Source: an uncultured Alphaproteobacteria bacterium
Lineage (GTDB): Bacteria; Pseudomonadota; Alphaproteobacteria; Acetobacterales; Acetobacteraceae
Direction of reading: 5' to 3'
Assembly (NCBI GenBank): GCA_963834475.1
Contig: CAWIBZ010000003.1
Location: forward strand, 26,701 to 90,700
DNA length: 64,000 bases
In this document: positions 1-8,303 of the stretch, piece after piece
Numbering within the stretch: the stretch's first letter is position 1
Layout of the letters: every line of letters starts with the position of its first letter
Translations under genes and position numbers: made by a program
The notes under the pieces: model-generated
Told to the model about the DNA's origin: nothing
What the model saw: the letters and a program-made list of their open reading frames with translations, nothing else
Databases searched by the model: none

Positions 1-551
1 GGAAGCTGTCGTGGACGGCAAGCAGCTATGCCGCGTTTTCCATCACCGCCGAGGGATCCAACCAGTCCCTAGATAAGGCGGAGGCGGGGCAGAGCGGCGG
101 GGTGGGCTCTTCCTATATTCCCGAAAGCGGAGATCTATACATAGGAGTATATGCCTCAGGACCATGGCATCTTTGGGCAACGCCGCTTCCCTCAACTCCA
201 TCCGCCAGCGACAATGCAGACCAGGGCGCTCAAAGCACGCCCCCTATCTCCGATGCGACCGACGCGCCGGCCGATATTCAACCGACGGACAACACCGCCA
301 GTCTGCCGAGCTGTAACGCTGACGACACCGACGACACGCTGAAGTCCGCGATCGAAAGCAGCCCCCTCGGGACACAGGAGAGCCTGAAGGTGATCAGCAT
401 CGATAAGATCACCACTGTCAAAACCCAAAGTGGCCGAGACCTCTGCATCGCAGATGCCTTTACCTCCCTGGGCAGTGTCAAATTCGATTACCAGTGGATA
501 TCCCACAACGGTCAAATCTATCTCTTCGAGCGCCCCAACTCCCTCAACTAG
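1..551 (+). CDS. Hypothetical, possibly exported protein (5' end outside window)
   Basis: Frame open from base 3 to stop at 551; Pro/Ser/Thr/Asp linker then Cys-containing domain; followed by a terminator hairpin. Confidence 0.6.
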   Translation, partial: KLSWTASSYAAFSITAEGSNQSLDKAEAGQSGGVGSSYIPESGDLYIGVYASGPWHLWATPLPSTPSASDNADQGAQSTPPISDATDAPADIQPTDNTASLPSCNADDTDDTLKSAIESSPLGTQESLKVISIDKITTVKTQSGRDLCIADAFTSLGSVKFDYQWISHNGQIYLFERPNSLN

Positions 552-611
552 GATCAAGCCAGCATAATTCGGGCTCGCGGCACCGCGGCGCCCTGACCCA
601 TTCGCCCAGCC

Positions 612-644
612 AAACAAAAACCCCGCTGGGGCGGGGTTGGTTTA
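612..644. terminator. Bidirectional intrinsic terminator
   Basis: A-tract, AACCCCGC-TGGG-GCGGGGTT stem-loop, then T-rich tail, between convergent genes. Confidence 0.75.
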
Positions 645-705
645 TTCGGACTGCTCTTGGGCGCCTGCCCGTATGTGCGCGCGATCTTGTCAGACGCGCA
701 TCGAC

Positions 706-912
706 TTATTTGGTCTTCGATCGGTGCACGGACGATCGATGGCGTGAATGCAGACCCTCGCTCGCCGGCTCCCGCGGTGTCACTATCGTCTTTACCGCCT
801 TCACGGCGGCAACAGCCGGCGCGATGTAAGCGGCTACACCGGTCCTGAATTCCGCCGTGACCTCGCCAAGAATGCTCTCCCGGGCAGCGGAATCAAGCGC
901 TTTAGTGGTCAT
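706..912 (-). CDS. Small hypothetical protein
   Basis: 68-aa ORF coupled (ATGA overlap) to the upstream ORF, GGAGG RBS. Confidence 0.55.
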   Translation of the reverse strand: MTTKALDSAARESILGEVTAEFRTGVAAYIAPAVAAVKAVKTIVTPREPASEGLHSRHRSSVHRSKTK

Positions 913-1328
913 AAATGGCCTCCCGAGTTAAAGACTACAGCCAAAATGAAGCTTTTGGTTTCCGCGAACAAGAAGGCAAGGAAGCATAGGGCCTCACATC
1001 CCAGGGCACACCAATCGAGCCCCTCAAACAGCTCGGATATGGCCCCTGGCAGTCCGTGCACGCGGAGCCATCGGATTAGGACATTCGCCAGAAAAGTAAC
1101 AGCTGCCAACACACCAAAAGCTACTAAGCCCCCAGCAAATTGCATGCAAAGGCGGAAAACCAGCGGTAGTCGTTTGGGCGTCTCGTAGAGCGTCGTGCGC
1201 CCGGAGGACAGATCGAGAGCTGCGCGCAGGATGCCATCCTTGGCTGCTGCTTCCGCCGAGCCATTAGCCGCCTCCAAATTGGTTCTCCAGATTGCCGGGA
1301 AAGCTTGACGCCATTTGGTCCCGGCCAC
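909..1328 (-). CDS. Hypothetical membrane protein (2 TM)
   Basis: Two hydrophobic segments in the C-terminal half; start uncertain. Confidence 0.5.
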   Translation of the reverse strand: MAGTKWRQAFPAIWRTNLEAANGSAEAAAKDGILRAALDLSSGRTTLYETPKRLPLVFRLCMQFAGGLVAFGVLAAVTFLANVLIRWLRVHGLPGAISELFEGLDWCALGCEALCFLAFLFAETKSFILAVVFNSGGHL

Positions 1329-1471
1329 TCATTATTTTGTGAACGAACGTTACCCCCGAGCGGAGAGAATGTCCATCAAAGCGTTCAGAGGACCCATTTT
1401 TTGCATTGCGGCATAGGAGCCCATCAGCCTCCTAGGTTGAGACCCATTCCCTCGGCACGCATAAGCGCCCG

Positions 1472-1912
1472 ATGCCTGGTCGTCCACTCGATGCCGAAGC
1501 CGCGTTCAACTCCCTGAGCCCTGCCGTCCACCGGGACCTGATACTGATCCGGCGCTATATTGCCGCTCGCGATCGCGCGCTGGGTCCGCTCCTCGGCGAG
1601 ACGGTTCAGCAGAATCCACTCCGGGAAGAAATCGCGCGAGCGGTCCTGATCCAGTTTGGCTACGGCCGGGTGTCCGCAGTCGGGCACTACGTGCACCACT
1701 GCGAGCGCTTGGCGAGCTCATTTGCCGTCCGAAGCGAGATCCGCGCCCTCGTCGACCTGCACCTGCTCGTCACCAGGAAGCTCGAGACGGACGGCAGGGT
1801 GACGCTGGTCGCGCCCACGACGCGGCTCGTCCGGGGCGTCTCGCGGGCGGTCCCACGCATCTCACGCAGCCTGGAGCACTTCTTCATATCGAAGGCCGAG
1901 ATGAGGGAATGA
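1472..1912 (+). CDS. Hypothetical winged-helix-like protein
   Basis: AVRSEIRALVDLHLLVTRKLETDGRVTLVAPT resembles a MarR-type wHTH wing. Confidence 0.5.
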   Translation: MPGRPLDAEAAFNSLSPAVHRDLILIRRYIAARDRALGPLLGETVQQNPLREEIARAVLIQFGYGRVSAVGHYVHHCERLASSFAVRSEIRALVDLHLLVTRKLETDGRVTLVAPTTRLVRGVSRAVPRISRSLEHFFISKAEMRE

Positions 1913-2198
1913 CCCCTGCGAGGTTCCCAAAAATAAAAAAGAGATTTTTTATCCCTATTAACCCAAGCGTAGCGAAGCTCGCTAAAGTGTGAGGGCAACG
2001 AAACTAAAGCTGAGGCGTCTATGCGTAACAACCTCTCCGGGCAACATGCTCCGAGGCAGCCACCAATGCGTAGCGATGGCCGACAACCCTCACTGACCAG
2101 TCGAGCCTGACGGTATCGCAGAAGGGCCGACCGGCCCGCATTCACGCACCCTACCCAAACTAAATAGGTAGACTGTGGCTACTCAGCGTCCCGTTCGC

Positions 2199-2540
2199 CT
2201 ACCCCTTCTGCGCCTTGTCGGGAAGGACGAGGTTGCCCATGATGTGCTTAGCCAAAACCTTTCTCTCGGAACTGGGAATTCCCTCGAGGAAATCGAGCCA
2301 AGCGAGGAGGTCAGGATCCTCCACGAGCTTACCGCGATATGGCGAGCCGGGGGCCGGCTGCGGCCCAACCTCTATCCCCAAGACCCTCTTGAGGACACCC
2401 ATATTCTCCTCGGTCGGCCGGGTAGCATTCAGTTCCCATTGCGCGACAGCGCTCTTGTTGACCTTAATGAGTTCCGCAAGCTGCGCCTGGGAAAATCCTA
2501 GCGCTTTCCGCTTTTGCCGAATGAGATCGCCAATATCCAT
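2199..2540 (-). CDS. Phage repressor CI-like, XRE HTH, no S24 peptidase domain
   Basis: IRQKRKALGFSQAQLAELIKVNKSAVAQWE HTH_3 pattern; divergent from cro-like gene. Confidence 0.88.
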   Translation of the reverse strand: MDIGDLIRQKRKALGFSQAQLAELIKVNKSAVAQWELNATRPTEENMGVLKRVLGIEVGPQPAPGSPYRGKLVEDPDLLAWLDFLEGIPSSERKVLAKHIMGNLVLPDKAQKG

Positions 2541-2620
2541 TAGGACAAACTGACCTAATGGCACCTTAGGCGCACTGAGCAATATCGCTTGTGTTTTTTG
2601 CTTAGCGCCGCTAAGCGTTG
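2538..2620. promoter_or_regulatory. cI/cro divergent promoter-operator region
   Basis: Perfect 17-bp inverted repeat GCTTAGCG-C-CGCTAAGC (2600-2616), related CCTTAGGCGCACTGAGC (2564-2580), and CATTAGG-N9-CCTAATG (2538-2560). Confidence 0.75.
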
Positions 2621-2625
2621 TGGCT

Positions 2626-2844
2626 ATGGACGCCATCGAGATCATTCGGTCTACTAAGGGCCTCAGCGCAAAGATTACGAGGGAGCTCGGGTTCAAGAGC
2701 CGCGGGACGGTTTCCCAGTGGAAGCGCGTTCCAGCTGAACACGCGCTCGATGTTGAGCGGATTACGGGGATCAGTCGGCACGTTTTGCGACCGGATCTTT
2801 ACCCCGAGCCGCCGTACCCGGCGTCCGAGAGGAGCGCGGCATGA
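2626..2844 (+). CDS. Cro/YdaS-like transcriptional regulator
   Basis: TVSQWKRVPAEHALDVERITGISRHVLRPDLY, typical Cro/YdaS C-terminal LRPDLY. Confidence 0.88.
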   Translation: MDAIEIIRSTKGLSAKITRELGFKSRGTVSQWKRVPAEHALDVERITGISRHVLRPDLYPEPPYPASERSAA

Positions 2845-3020
2845 CGCCTCCCTCCACCATCGAAATCCCCCTGAAATCCGGCATCCGGGTTTCGAAGCGC
2901 CCGAATGGCGGCCTCGCGTTGGCTGTCGTCGAGACGATGGGGCCGAAGGCGTCACGCAGGTTCGTCGAGCAGATCGCCGAGATGTTGGGGCTGCAGGTGG
3001 TCGAGAAGGACGCACCATGA
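2841..3020 (+). CDS. Small hypothetical phage protein (59 aa)
   Basis: ATGA-coupled to cro with GAGGAG RBS, and ATGA-coupled to the next ORF; below the ORF-track cutoff. Confidence 0.5.
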   Translation: MTPPSTIEIPLKSGIRVSKRPNGGLALAVVETMGPKASRRFVEQIAEMLGLQVVEKDAP

Positions 3021-3757
3021 ACCTCACTCCATTCACAGAGTCCTCGGTCGACCCGAAGGGCGCTCCTGGGACCGAAACCCTTCGGAGAAATTGCATGTCC
3101 AAATCCAATAGTGAGATCTCCACTCCTGCGTCGGAATCCCTTCTCCCTGCGGCGGAGCGCCGCCACCACTTCAGAAAGCTGAGTTCTGAGCTGAGGCAGT
3201 ACACGAAGTCCGACGAAGAGTATCTTCTGACGGAACCACATAGGTTCCATCTTGCTTCGCTTTTCGAGCAATACGTCTTCTTCGGTGCGGACAGCCAGGA
3301 AGCTCCTTCGCGCCCGTCGATGGAAAATGCGGCGCTTCGCATGGCCGCGCTTTCGCTTGCCCTGGATCGCTATCGCACGGACTTCCCTGGCTGGCCGACC
3401 TTCGCCCGGAGGATCGCCGCAGAAGAGGCATTCCTCCGGACTGGCTCGGCTGAGGTCGCGTCAGCGCTTCTTCAGTTCGGCCTCGACCGATTCGAAGACG
3501 CCCATTGCATACGCGATATGCTCGCGGCTGTCCTCGGGGATCGTCCCTCGCAAGGCGAGGATCTGAGCGGTGATGGTCGCGGCAGCTTGGATGCGGCCGG
3601 CGGCAAGTGTGGCGTCGGCAAGGAGCTTGGTGGCGCGGTAAGCGTTCAAGTCGGCGTCCATAACGGATCTCCTGTTGATGAGGGTGGTAGCTCATCGACG
3701 CTAGGAGAGGCCGGTCGGACTGGCAACGATCCGACCGGCACGGATGGTGCCGCGTGA
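3017..3757 (+). CDS. Hypothetical phage protein
   Basis: Coupled start and stop overlaps in the early operon; 3' half overlaps an antisense ORF. Confidence 0.45.
   Translation: MNLTPFTESSVDPKGAPGTETLRRNCMSKSNSEISTPASESLLPAAERRHHFRKLSSELRQYTKSDEEYLLTEPHRFHLASLFEQYVFFGADSQEAPSRPSMENAALRMAALSLALDRYRTDFPGWPTFARRIAAEEAFLRTGSAEVASALLQFGLDRFEDAHCIRDMLAAVLGDRPSQGEDLSGDGRGSLDAAGGKCGVGKELGGAVSVQVGVHNGSPVDEGGSSSTLGEAGRTGNDPTGTDGAA
3461..3661 (-). CDS. Small antisense hypothetical protein (66 aa)
   Basis: AGGAG RBS upstream of ATG; helical amphipathic sequence. Confidence 0.5.
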   Translation of the reverse strand: MDADLNAYRATKLLADATLAAGRIQAAATITAQILALRGTIPEDSREHIAYAMGVFESVEAELKKR

Positions 3758-3939
3758 GCGAAGTGCCGAGCAGCGCCCGCGACACCGTGCCCCAAGAAAA
3801 GCGGCAGGCCCAAGCGCGGATCGTCCTGTCCGCCGTGCGCGTTGGCACCAAGCCAAAGCAAATCGCGGCGGTCATGGGTGTCACTGAGCGGCATATCATC
3901 AACATCCAAGACGCTCTCCGTCTGGTTGGTGAGCTGTGA
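3754..3939 (+). CDS. Small HTH protein
   Basis: TKPKQIAAVMGVTERHIINI HTH pattern. Confidence 0.6.
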   Translation: MSEVPSSARDTVPQEKRQAQARIVLSAVRVGTKPKQIAAVMGVTERHIINIQDALRLVGEL

Positions 3940-4121
3940 GCGATTCAACGCCCGTCCCCAGCTTCCCCTGCCCGACCTGCGGCTTTCTGCATCCGGGTCC
4001 GTGCCATTTCCGGACGCCGGTCGCTCCCGCGCCGCTGGGGTGCATCTGCCCGCCAGGCGCGAACTTGACTTGCGAGGCGCCCATGTGTCCGCGCAAGCCT
4101 TGGCCGATAGGTGCAGCATGA
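3936..4121 (+). CDS. Cys/Pro-rich small phage protein
   Basis: CPTCG..H.GPC and GCICPPGANLTCEAPMCPR; GTGA coupling. Confidence 0.55.
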   Translation: MSDSTPVPSFPCPTCGFLHPGPCHFRTPVAPAPLGCICPPGANLTCEAPMCPRKPWPIGAA

Positions 4122-4303
4122 CGGTGTCGGCCATCGCGCTCTCACCCCCGCGCCAGCGCGTGCGGATCGTCTGCAGCCATTGCGGGGCGCCGCGGCAGAC
4201 ACACGGCATCCATTTCTGTCCGGTCGTGCGGTGCGACCCCGTCAACGATGACCGCCGCGAATATGTCCCGCCGTCGCCCGAGCAGATCCTGGGGACAGAA
4301 TGA
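4118..4303 (+). CDS. Small Zn-finger-like phage protein
   Basis: CSHCG...H..HFC; ATGA coupling at both ends. Confidence 0.5.
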   Translation: MTVSAIALSPPRQRVRIVCSHCGAPRQTHGIHFCPVVRCDPVNDDRREYVPPSPEQILGTE

Positions 4304-4764
4304 TCATGATCGACTGCATCCTCACCCGGGCCTTCAAACGGGCGCTCAAGCTTGATCGCAAGCCGGATTTCATCATCGGAAACCCGGATGACCCCTATCT
4401 GCGCCGTTGGTGGGTGATCCCGCGCAACCGGTGGTTCAACATCTACCTGCATCATTTCCGGCACAGCGATGATGATCGGGCGATGCACGACCATCCCTGG
4501 TGGAACGTCTCGATCCTGCTGAAAGGCCGGTACCTCGAGCATACCCCTGAGGGCAGCTTTGACCGCGGCCGGGGCAGCGTCGTGTTTCGTCGTCCCGCTG
4601 CGCTTCACCGGATCGAGCTGAAGGCCGGCGAGACGTGCTGGACGCTCTTCATCACCGGCCCGCGCGTGCGCGAGTGGGGCTTCGCCTGTCCTCAGGGCTG
4701 GCGTCACTGGAAAGAATTCACCTCGCCACGAAACAAGGGCGAGATCGGCCGGGGATGCGACTGA
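4300..4764 (+). CDS. Phage cupin-fold protein
   Basis: HDHPW...Y.E...HRIEL...WTLFITGPRVREWGF cupin metal-binding motifs. Confidence 0.8.
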   Translation: MIMIDCILTRAFKRALKLDRKPDFIIGNPDDPYLRRWWVIPRNRWFNIYLHHFRHSDDDRAMHDHPWWNVSILLKGRYLEHTPEGSFDRGRGSVVFRRPAALHRIELKAGETCWTLFITGPRVREWGFACPQGWRHWKEFTSPRNKGEIGRGCD

Positions 4765-5198
4765 TGGGCATCCGGCAGGTCAATGACGCTGGGCTTGTGG
4801 TCGGCCCCATTACCTTTGATGAGCGCTATCACGCGCTCATCCTCAAGGAGGCTGGATGCTCTCACGAAGAGATCGGCGCGCAACTTAACCGCTCGGTTAA
4901 GTCCGTTGCGCTGATCTTTGCCCATGCAGAGCGCCAGGAGCTTCATGAGCAGAAGATAAAGACCCTCCAGCAAGAGGATGGGGCAGAGATCGCTGAGAAG
5001 GATCGGGATGATTACGATGTTGTCGCGCCCGCCTACTTGGTAGGGCTGGCAGCCATTTCGATCCTCGACAAGTTGAACCGTGCGCGAAAGGCCGCCGGGC
5101 GCCCTCAGGCCGAGATGGCGCGCGTGCACGAGCTCGCGTTGACCTATAAGCTCAAGCGGCCCGAGCTGCGGCGCCCTCGGATGCTGCCGCCGCGATGA
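4764..5198 (+). CDS. Hypothetical HTH protein
   Basis: GCSHEEIGAQLNRSVKSV HTH pattern. Confidence 0.55.
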   Translation: MGIRQVNDAGLVVGPITFDERYHALILKEAGCSHEEIGAQLNRSVKSVALIFAHAERQELHEQKIKTLQQEDGAEIAEKDRDDYDVVAPAYLVGLAAISILDKLNRARKAAGRPQAEMARVHELALTYKLKRPELRRPRMLPPR

Positions 5199-5500
5199 CC
5201 CACGATCGTATCCGTCTGCGCCAGCGCTTCGATCTCGGAGGGTCGTTCCCGTGACCTCCTCCGCATTGGGTTGCTCGGCCGATATCCGGATCTGCGCCGC
5301 GCGACGCCCCCCAGCATCGCGCGACACCTCATCTCGCCGCCGCTCGCCAGCTCGCGGCTTGATGATTCCCAAGGTCGTTACCCATAGCCTCGTCAGTATC
5401 GATATCCGCCATTCAGGCGCCAGGTTCGGCAGCTGCTCTTTCTCCTTTCGTGTCATGCGCCGCTCCTGGCCCCTTGCATGGGCAAACCATGCACGGAGCC

Positions 5501-5563
5501 GGTGTACAAATGCGGAAAATTTCGTCACAGATTCGGAAAGAGTCGTCACAGATTTGGAAAGAG
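5501..5563 (+). repeat. Tandem 21-bp repeats (2 near-perfect + 1 degenerate)
   Basis: TCGTCACAGATTCGGAAAGAG (5522-5542), TCGTCACAGATTTGGAAAGAG (5543-5563), degenerate copy 5501-5521. Confidence 0.85.
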
Positions 5564-5863
5564 GCCATGTCCTGCACAACCTCTGAAGCGGAAGAGGTCG
5601 GCACTTTCTTTGCAGCCGCCGTAGAGGCGCGGCTTGGCGAGGGACGCGCTCGTGTCATCGCTGACATCGCCCGTCGCGTCGACATGAAGCCCAGCCGCGT
5701 CGCCAAGCTCATGCGTCGAGAAATCCCGCGCCTCTGGGCCGACGAATATACCCGCGTTTGCGACTGGTACGATCGCTGGAGCGCTCAACGCGCTGGGGAT
5801 CTCCGCGCCCGGGCAGACGAGTTGGAAGCCCGCACTCAGGCTCGGAGAGCTCAGCCTCTATGA
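5510..5863 (+). CDS. CII-like phage regulator (start 5510 or 5567)
   Basis: IADIARRVDMKPSRVAKLMRRE HTH plus C-terminal coiled coil; position in the early operon. Confidence 0.55.
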   Translation: MRKISSQIRKESSQIWKEAMSCTTSEAEEVGTFFAAAVEARLGEGRARVIADIARRVDMKPSRVAKLMRREIPRLWADEYTRVCDWYDRWSAQRAGDLRARADELEARTQARRAQPL

Positions 5864-6069
5864 AACGGCTCGTCGCCTCGCTCCGCTGGGCTCAGCTTGG
5901 CCAGCTCGTCCGCCAGCATGACAGGCTGGAAAACAAGATCGACCATGTGACAGCGAAGATCCGCGCGCTCAAAGCCAAGCTCGGGATCTCGCCCGCGGTG
6001 ATCGAGCAGGAGGTGCGCGAGCGCCTCGGCCGCATCTTGTCGCAAGACGATTTCGGGCCACACCCATGA
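5860..6069 (+). CDS. Small coiled-coil hypothetical protein
   Basis: ATGA coupling on both sides. Confidence 0.55.
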   Translation: MKRLVASLRWAQLGQLVRQHDRLENKIDHVTAKIRALKAKLGISPAVIEQEVRERLGRILSQDDFGPHP

Positions 6070-6842
6070 GCGAGATCCGTCGGATAGGCCCGGCCACGCT
6101 GATCCTCGGCGATTGCCTGCGCGAGATGAAGCAGCTGAGCGGCATCGACCATGTCATCATGGATCCCGCCTACGAGGACCATATGCACCGGGCGAAAGCC
6201 AAGGCGCGGCGCATCCGCACCGATGGCCACGCCTCGCCCAAGCCGCTTGACTTCGCGCCCGTCCGGCGCATCCGCAACCGTGCAGCGAAGCTGGCCGTAG
6301 GGCTGTCCCAGGGCTGGCTGATCGCCTTCTGCACGCCTGAGGGTGTCGCCCCTTGGAGGGATGCACTTGAGGGCGCTGGGGCGCGCTACAAGCGGGCCTG
6401 CGTGTGGGTGAAGCCGGATGGCGCGCCGCAGTTCAACGGCCAGTGCCCGGCCATGGGCGCCGAGATGTTCGTCACGGCATGGTGCGGCCGCGGGCACAGC
6501 AGGTGGAACGGCGGCGGCCGACGGAACGTGTTCACACACCTCTGCCAACCGCCGAGCCGCCACGGCGGTCACCCGACCGAAAAGCCGGTGTCGCTCATGA
6601 GCGAGATCGTCCAGCTTTTCACTGAGCCGGACGATTGCGTCCTCGATCCCTTCATGGGCAGCGGCAGCACTGGCGTCGCCTGCGTGCGCCTCGGCCGGCG
6701 CTTCATCGGCGTCGAGAGCGATCCGAAGTATTTCGCCATGGCCTGCCGACGCATCGAAGACGCGGTGCGTCAGGCGGACTTCTTCGTGGCTGTGCCGCCG
6801 CGGGCCAAAACCCCGGACATGTTCGCCGGAGCGACTGCATGA
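6066..6842 (+). CDS. Orphan DNA methyltransferase (N4-C/N6-A, beta class)
   Basis: GDC, motif IV DPAY, HPTEKP, motif I VLDPFMGSGSTG. Confidence 0.92.
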   Translation: MSEIRRIGPATLILGDCLREMKQLSGIDHVIMDPAYEDHMHRAKAKARRIRTDGHASPKPLDFAPVRRIRNRAAKLAVGLSQGWLIAFCTPEGVAPWRDALEGAGARYKRACVWVKPDGAPQFNGQCPAMGAEMFVTAWCGRGHSRWNGGGRRNVFTHLCQPPSRHGGHPTEKPVSLMSEIVQLFTEPDDCVLDPFMGSGSTGVACVRLGRRFIGVESDPKYFAMACRRIEDAVRQADFFVAVPPRAKTPDMFAGATA

Positions 6843-7084
6843 CCGTCATGACCGCCACGTCACCAGACGACTGCACGGCTGTCTTCGGCCAGATGATAGA
6901 GGCCGGCCGCCGCATCGTCCGCAAGCACTGCGGGGTCAACCGTGCCGCGGCCCGCGAATACGGTCACGAAGCCGGCCTCATCGGCGCCGCGGGTGGGCTT
7001 ACCGAAGATCAAACGCTCGACTATGCCGAACGCATCTTCATCGCTGTGGCAGACGAGTATCAGGCATCCGGAGGGCTGCACTGA
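6839..7084 (+). CDS. Hypothetical phage protein
   Basis: ATGA-coupled ORF within the operon. Confidence 0.5.
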   Translation: MTVMTATSPDDCTAVFGQMIEAGRRIVRKHCGVNRAAAREYGHEAGLIGAAGGLTEDQTLDYAERIFIAVADEYQASGGLH

Positions 7085-7341
7085 TGCCCCCTGCGCACCG
7101 GTCCTTCCAGCAGTTTCTCGCTGCTCGTGGCCTCCTTTCCTCTTCCTGGCACCAGGTCAATGTCGTCCCCTTGCTGCGGGACGCCTGGCAGTCAGCAACC
7201 GAGATCGCCCTGACCGGCGATGCCGCGCGGCCCGGCTTTCGGCCGCTCTTGGACGTTTCCTCCCGAAACTTGGCCGGCGGCGGCGAGCAATCTCCGTCGC
7301 CGGCTCTTTTCGATGACGATGCGACGAGGGCTTTAAGATGA
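7084..7341 (+). CDS. Hypothetical phage protein
   Basis: TGATG/ATGA coupling, GGAGG RBS. Confidence 0.45.
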   Translation: MPPAHRSFQQFLAARGLLSSSWHQVNVVPLLRDAWQSATEIALTGDAARPGFRPLLDVSSRNLAGGGEQSPSPALFDDDATRALR

Positions 7342-7619
7342 GCACAGTCGGACACAACAGCGGCGAGACATCCGATGCTGCCGCCCAGGGCAATATCGCC
7401 GCCGACCGCTTGCGCAGCATCATCGAACGGATCGAGCGGCTGGAGGAGGAGCGCAAGGCGCTCTCCAGCGACATCAGGGATATCTTCGCCGAGGCCAAAT
7501 CCGCAGGATTCGATGTGAAGGTGCTGCGCCAACTCATCCGCATCCGGAAGCAAGAGCCCGCGGATGTTGAGGAGCAAGAGACGCTGCTCGATGTCTACAG
7601 ACGCGCGCTGGGGATGTAG
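7338..7619 (+). CDS. gapR: GapR (DUF2312) nucleoid-associated protein homolog, phage-borne
   Basis: GHNS...AADRLRSIIERIERLEEERKALSSDIRDIFAEAKSAGFDVKVLRQLIRIRK...LLDVYRRALGM, a near-canonical GapR. Confidence 0.95.
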   Translation: MSTVGHNSGETSDAAAQGNIAADRLRSIIERIERLEEERKALSSDIRDIFAEAKSAGFDVKVLRQLIRIRKQEPADVEEQETLLDVYRRALGM

Positions 7620-7620
7620 C

Positions 7621-7833
7621 ATGGCCGAGGGATTGGACCTTGCTGCCGTCTACGGCCGCATATCGCAGGCATGCCGCACGGCGGGCGGACAGCGGGCTTT
7701 CGCTGAGCGGGCGGGCTGCTCCGAGCAAATGGTGAGTGCGGTCCTCAATGCCCGCAAGCGGCCCAGCAATTCGATCCTGCAGGCCGCCGGGCTCAGGCGC
7801 ATGGAAGTCATCGTCGAGGACGCTGGGCGATGA
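7621..7833 (+). CDS. XRE-family HTH protein
   Basis: GGQRAFAERAGCSEQMVSAVLNARKRP. Confidence 0.7.
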   Translation: MAEGLDLAAVYGRISQACRTAGGQRAFAERAGCSEQMVSAVLNARKRPSNSILQAAGLRRMEVIVEDAGR

Positions 7834-8216
7834 GTGGGGAAATCTCCTTCGCGCTGGGGGCAGCGACCAAGACCCTCAACGAGATCCGCCACATGCATCA
7901 CCAGGCTTACGCGCGGCACCGCGCTGCTCTGGCGCTGGAGGTCGCAGCCCTTACGATCGGCCGCCGGCCGGCCCACCCGTTCGCCAAGGCCCGCGTGGTG
8001 ATCGAGCGCCACTCGGCGGGCAGTCCTGACCGGGATGGGCTCATCGGCGGTCTCAAGCCGTTGCTAGACGTTCTGCAGCCGTTCTCGGCCCGCTCACCGA
8101 ATGGTCTCGGGATCATCGCCAATGATTCTCAGGATTGTCTGCGCCTCGAAGCCTCGTCCGTCCGCTGCGCGCGCGGCGCGGCGAAGACCGTCGTGCGCAT
8201 CGTCGAACTCGACTGA
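7830..8216 (+). CDS. RusA-like Holliday junction resolvase
   Basis: PDRDGLIGGLKPLLDVL...GIIANDS pattern of RusA acidic residues. Confidence 0.65.
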   Translation: MSGEISFALGAATKTLNEIRHMHHQAYARHRAALALEVAALTIGRRPAHPFAKARVVIERHSAGSPDRDGLIGGLKPLLDVLQPFSARSPNGLGIIANDSQDCLRLEASSVRCARGAAKTVVRIVELD

Positions 8217-8303
8217 ACAAGCCCGAGCGACTGTCTGTCAGTCGTTGCTTTGAATTCGCGCCCGGACGCCGGCCGGTGCGCCACAAATACGGGAGGGCCG
8301 GCT

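Noticed and set aside
1960-2020. TAGCG-N5-CGCTA dyad as a left operator
   Set aside because: Spacing differs from the 17-bp operators; support too weak
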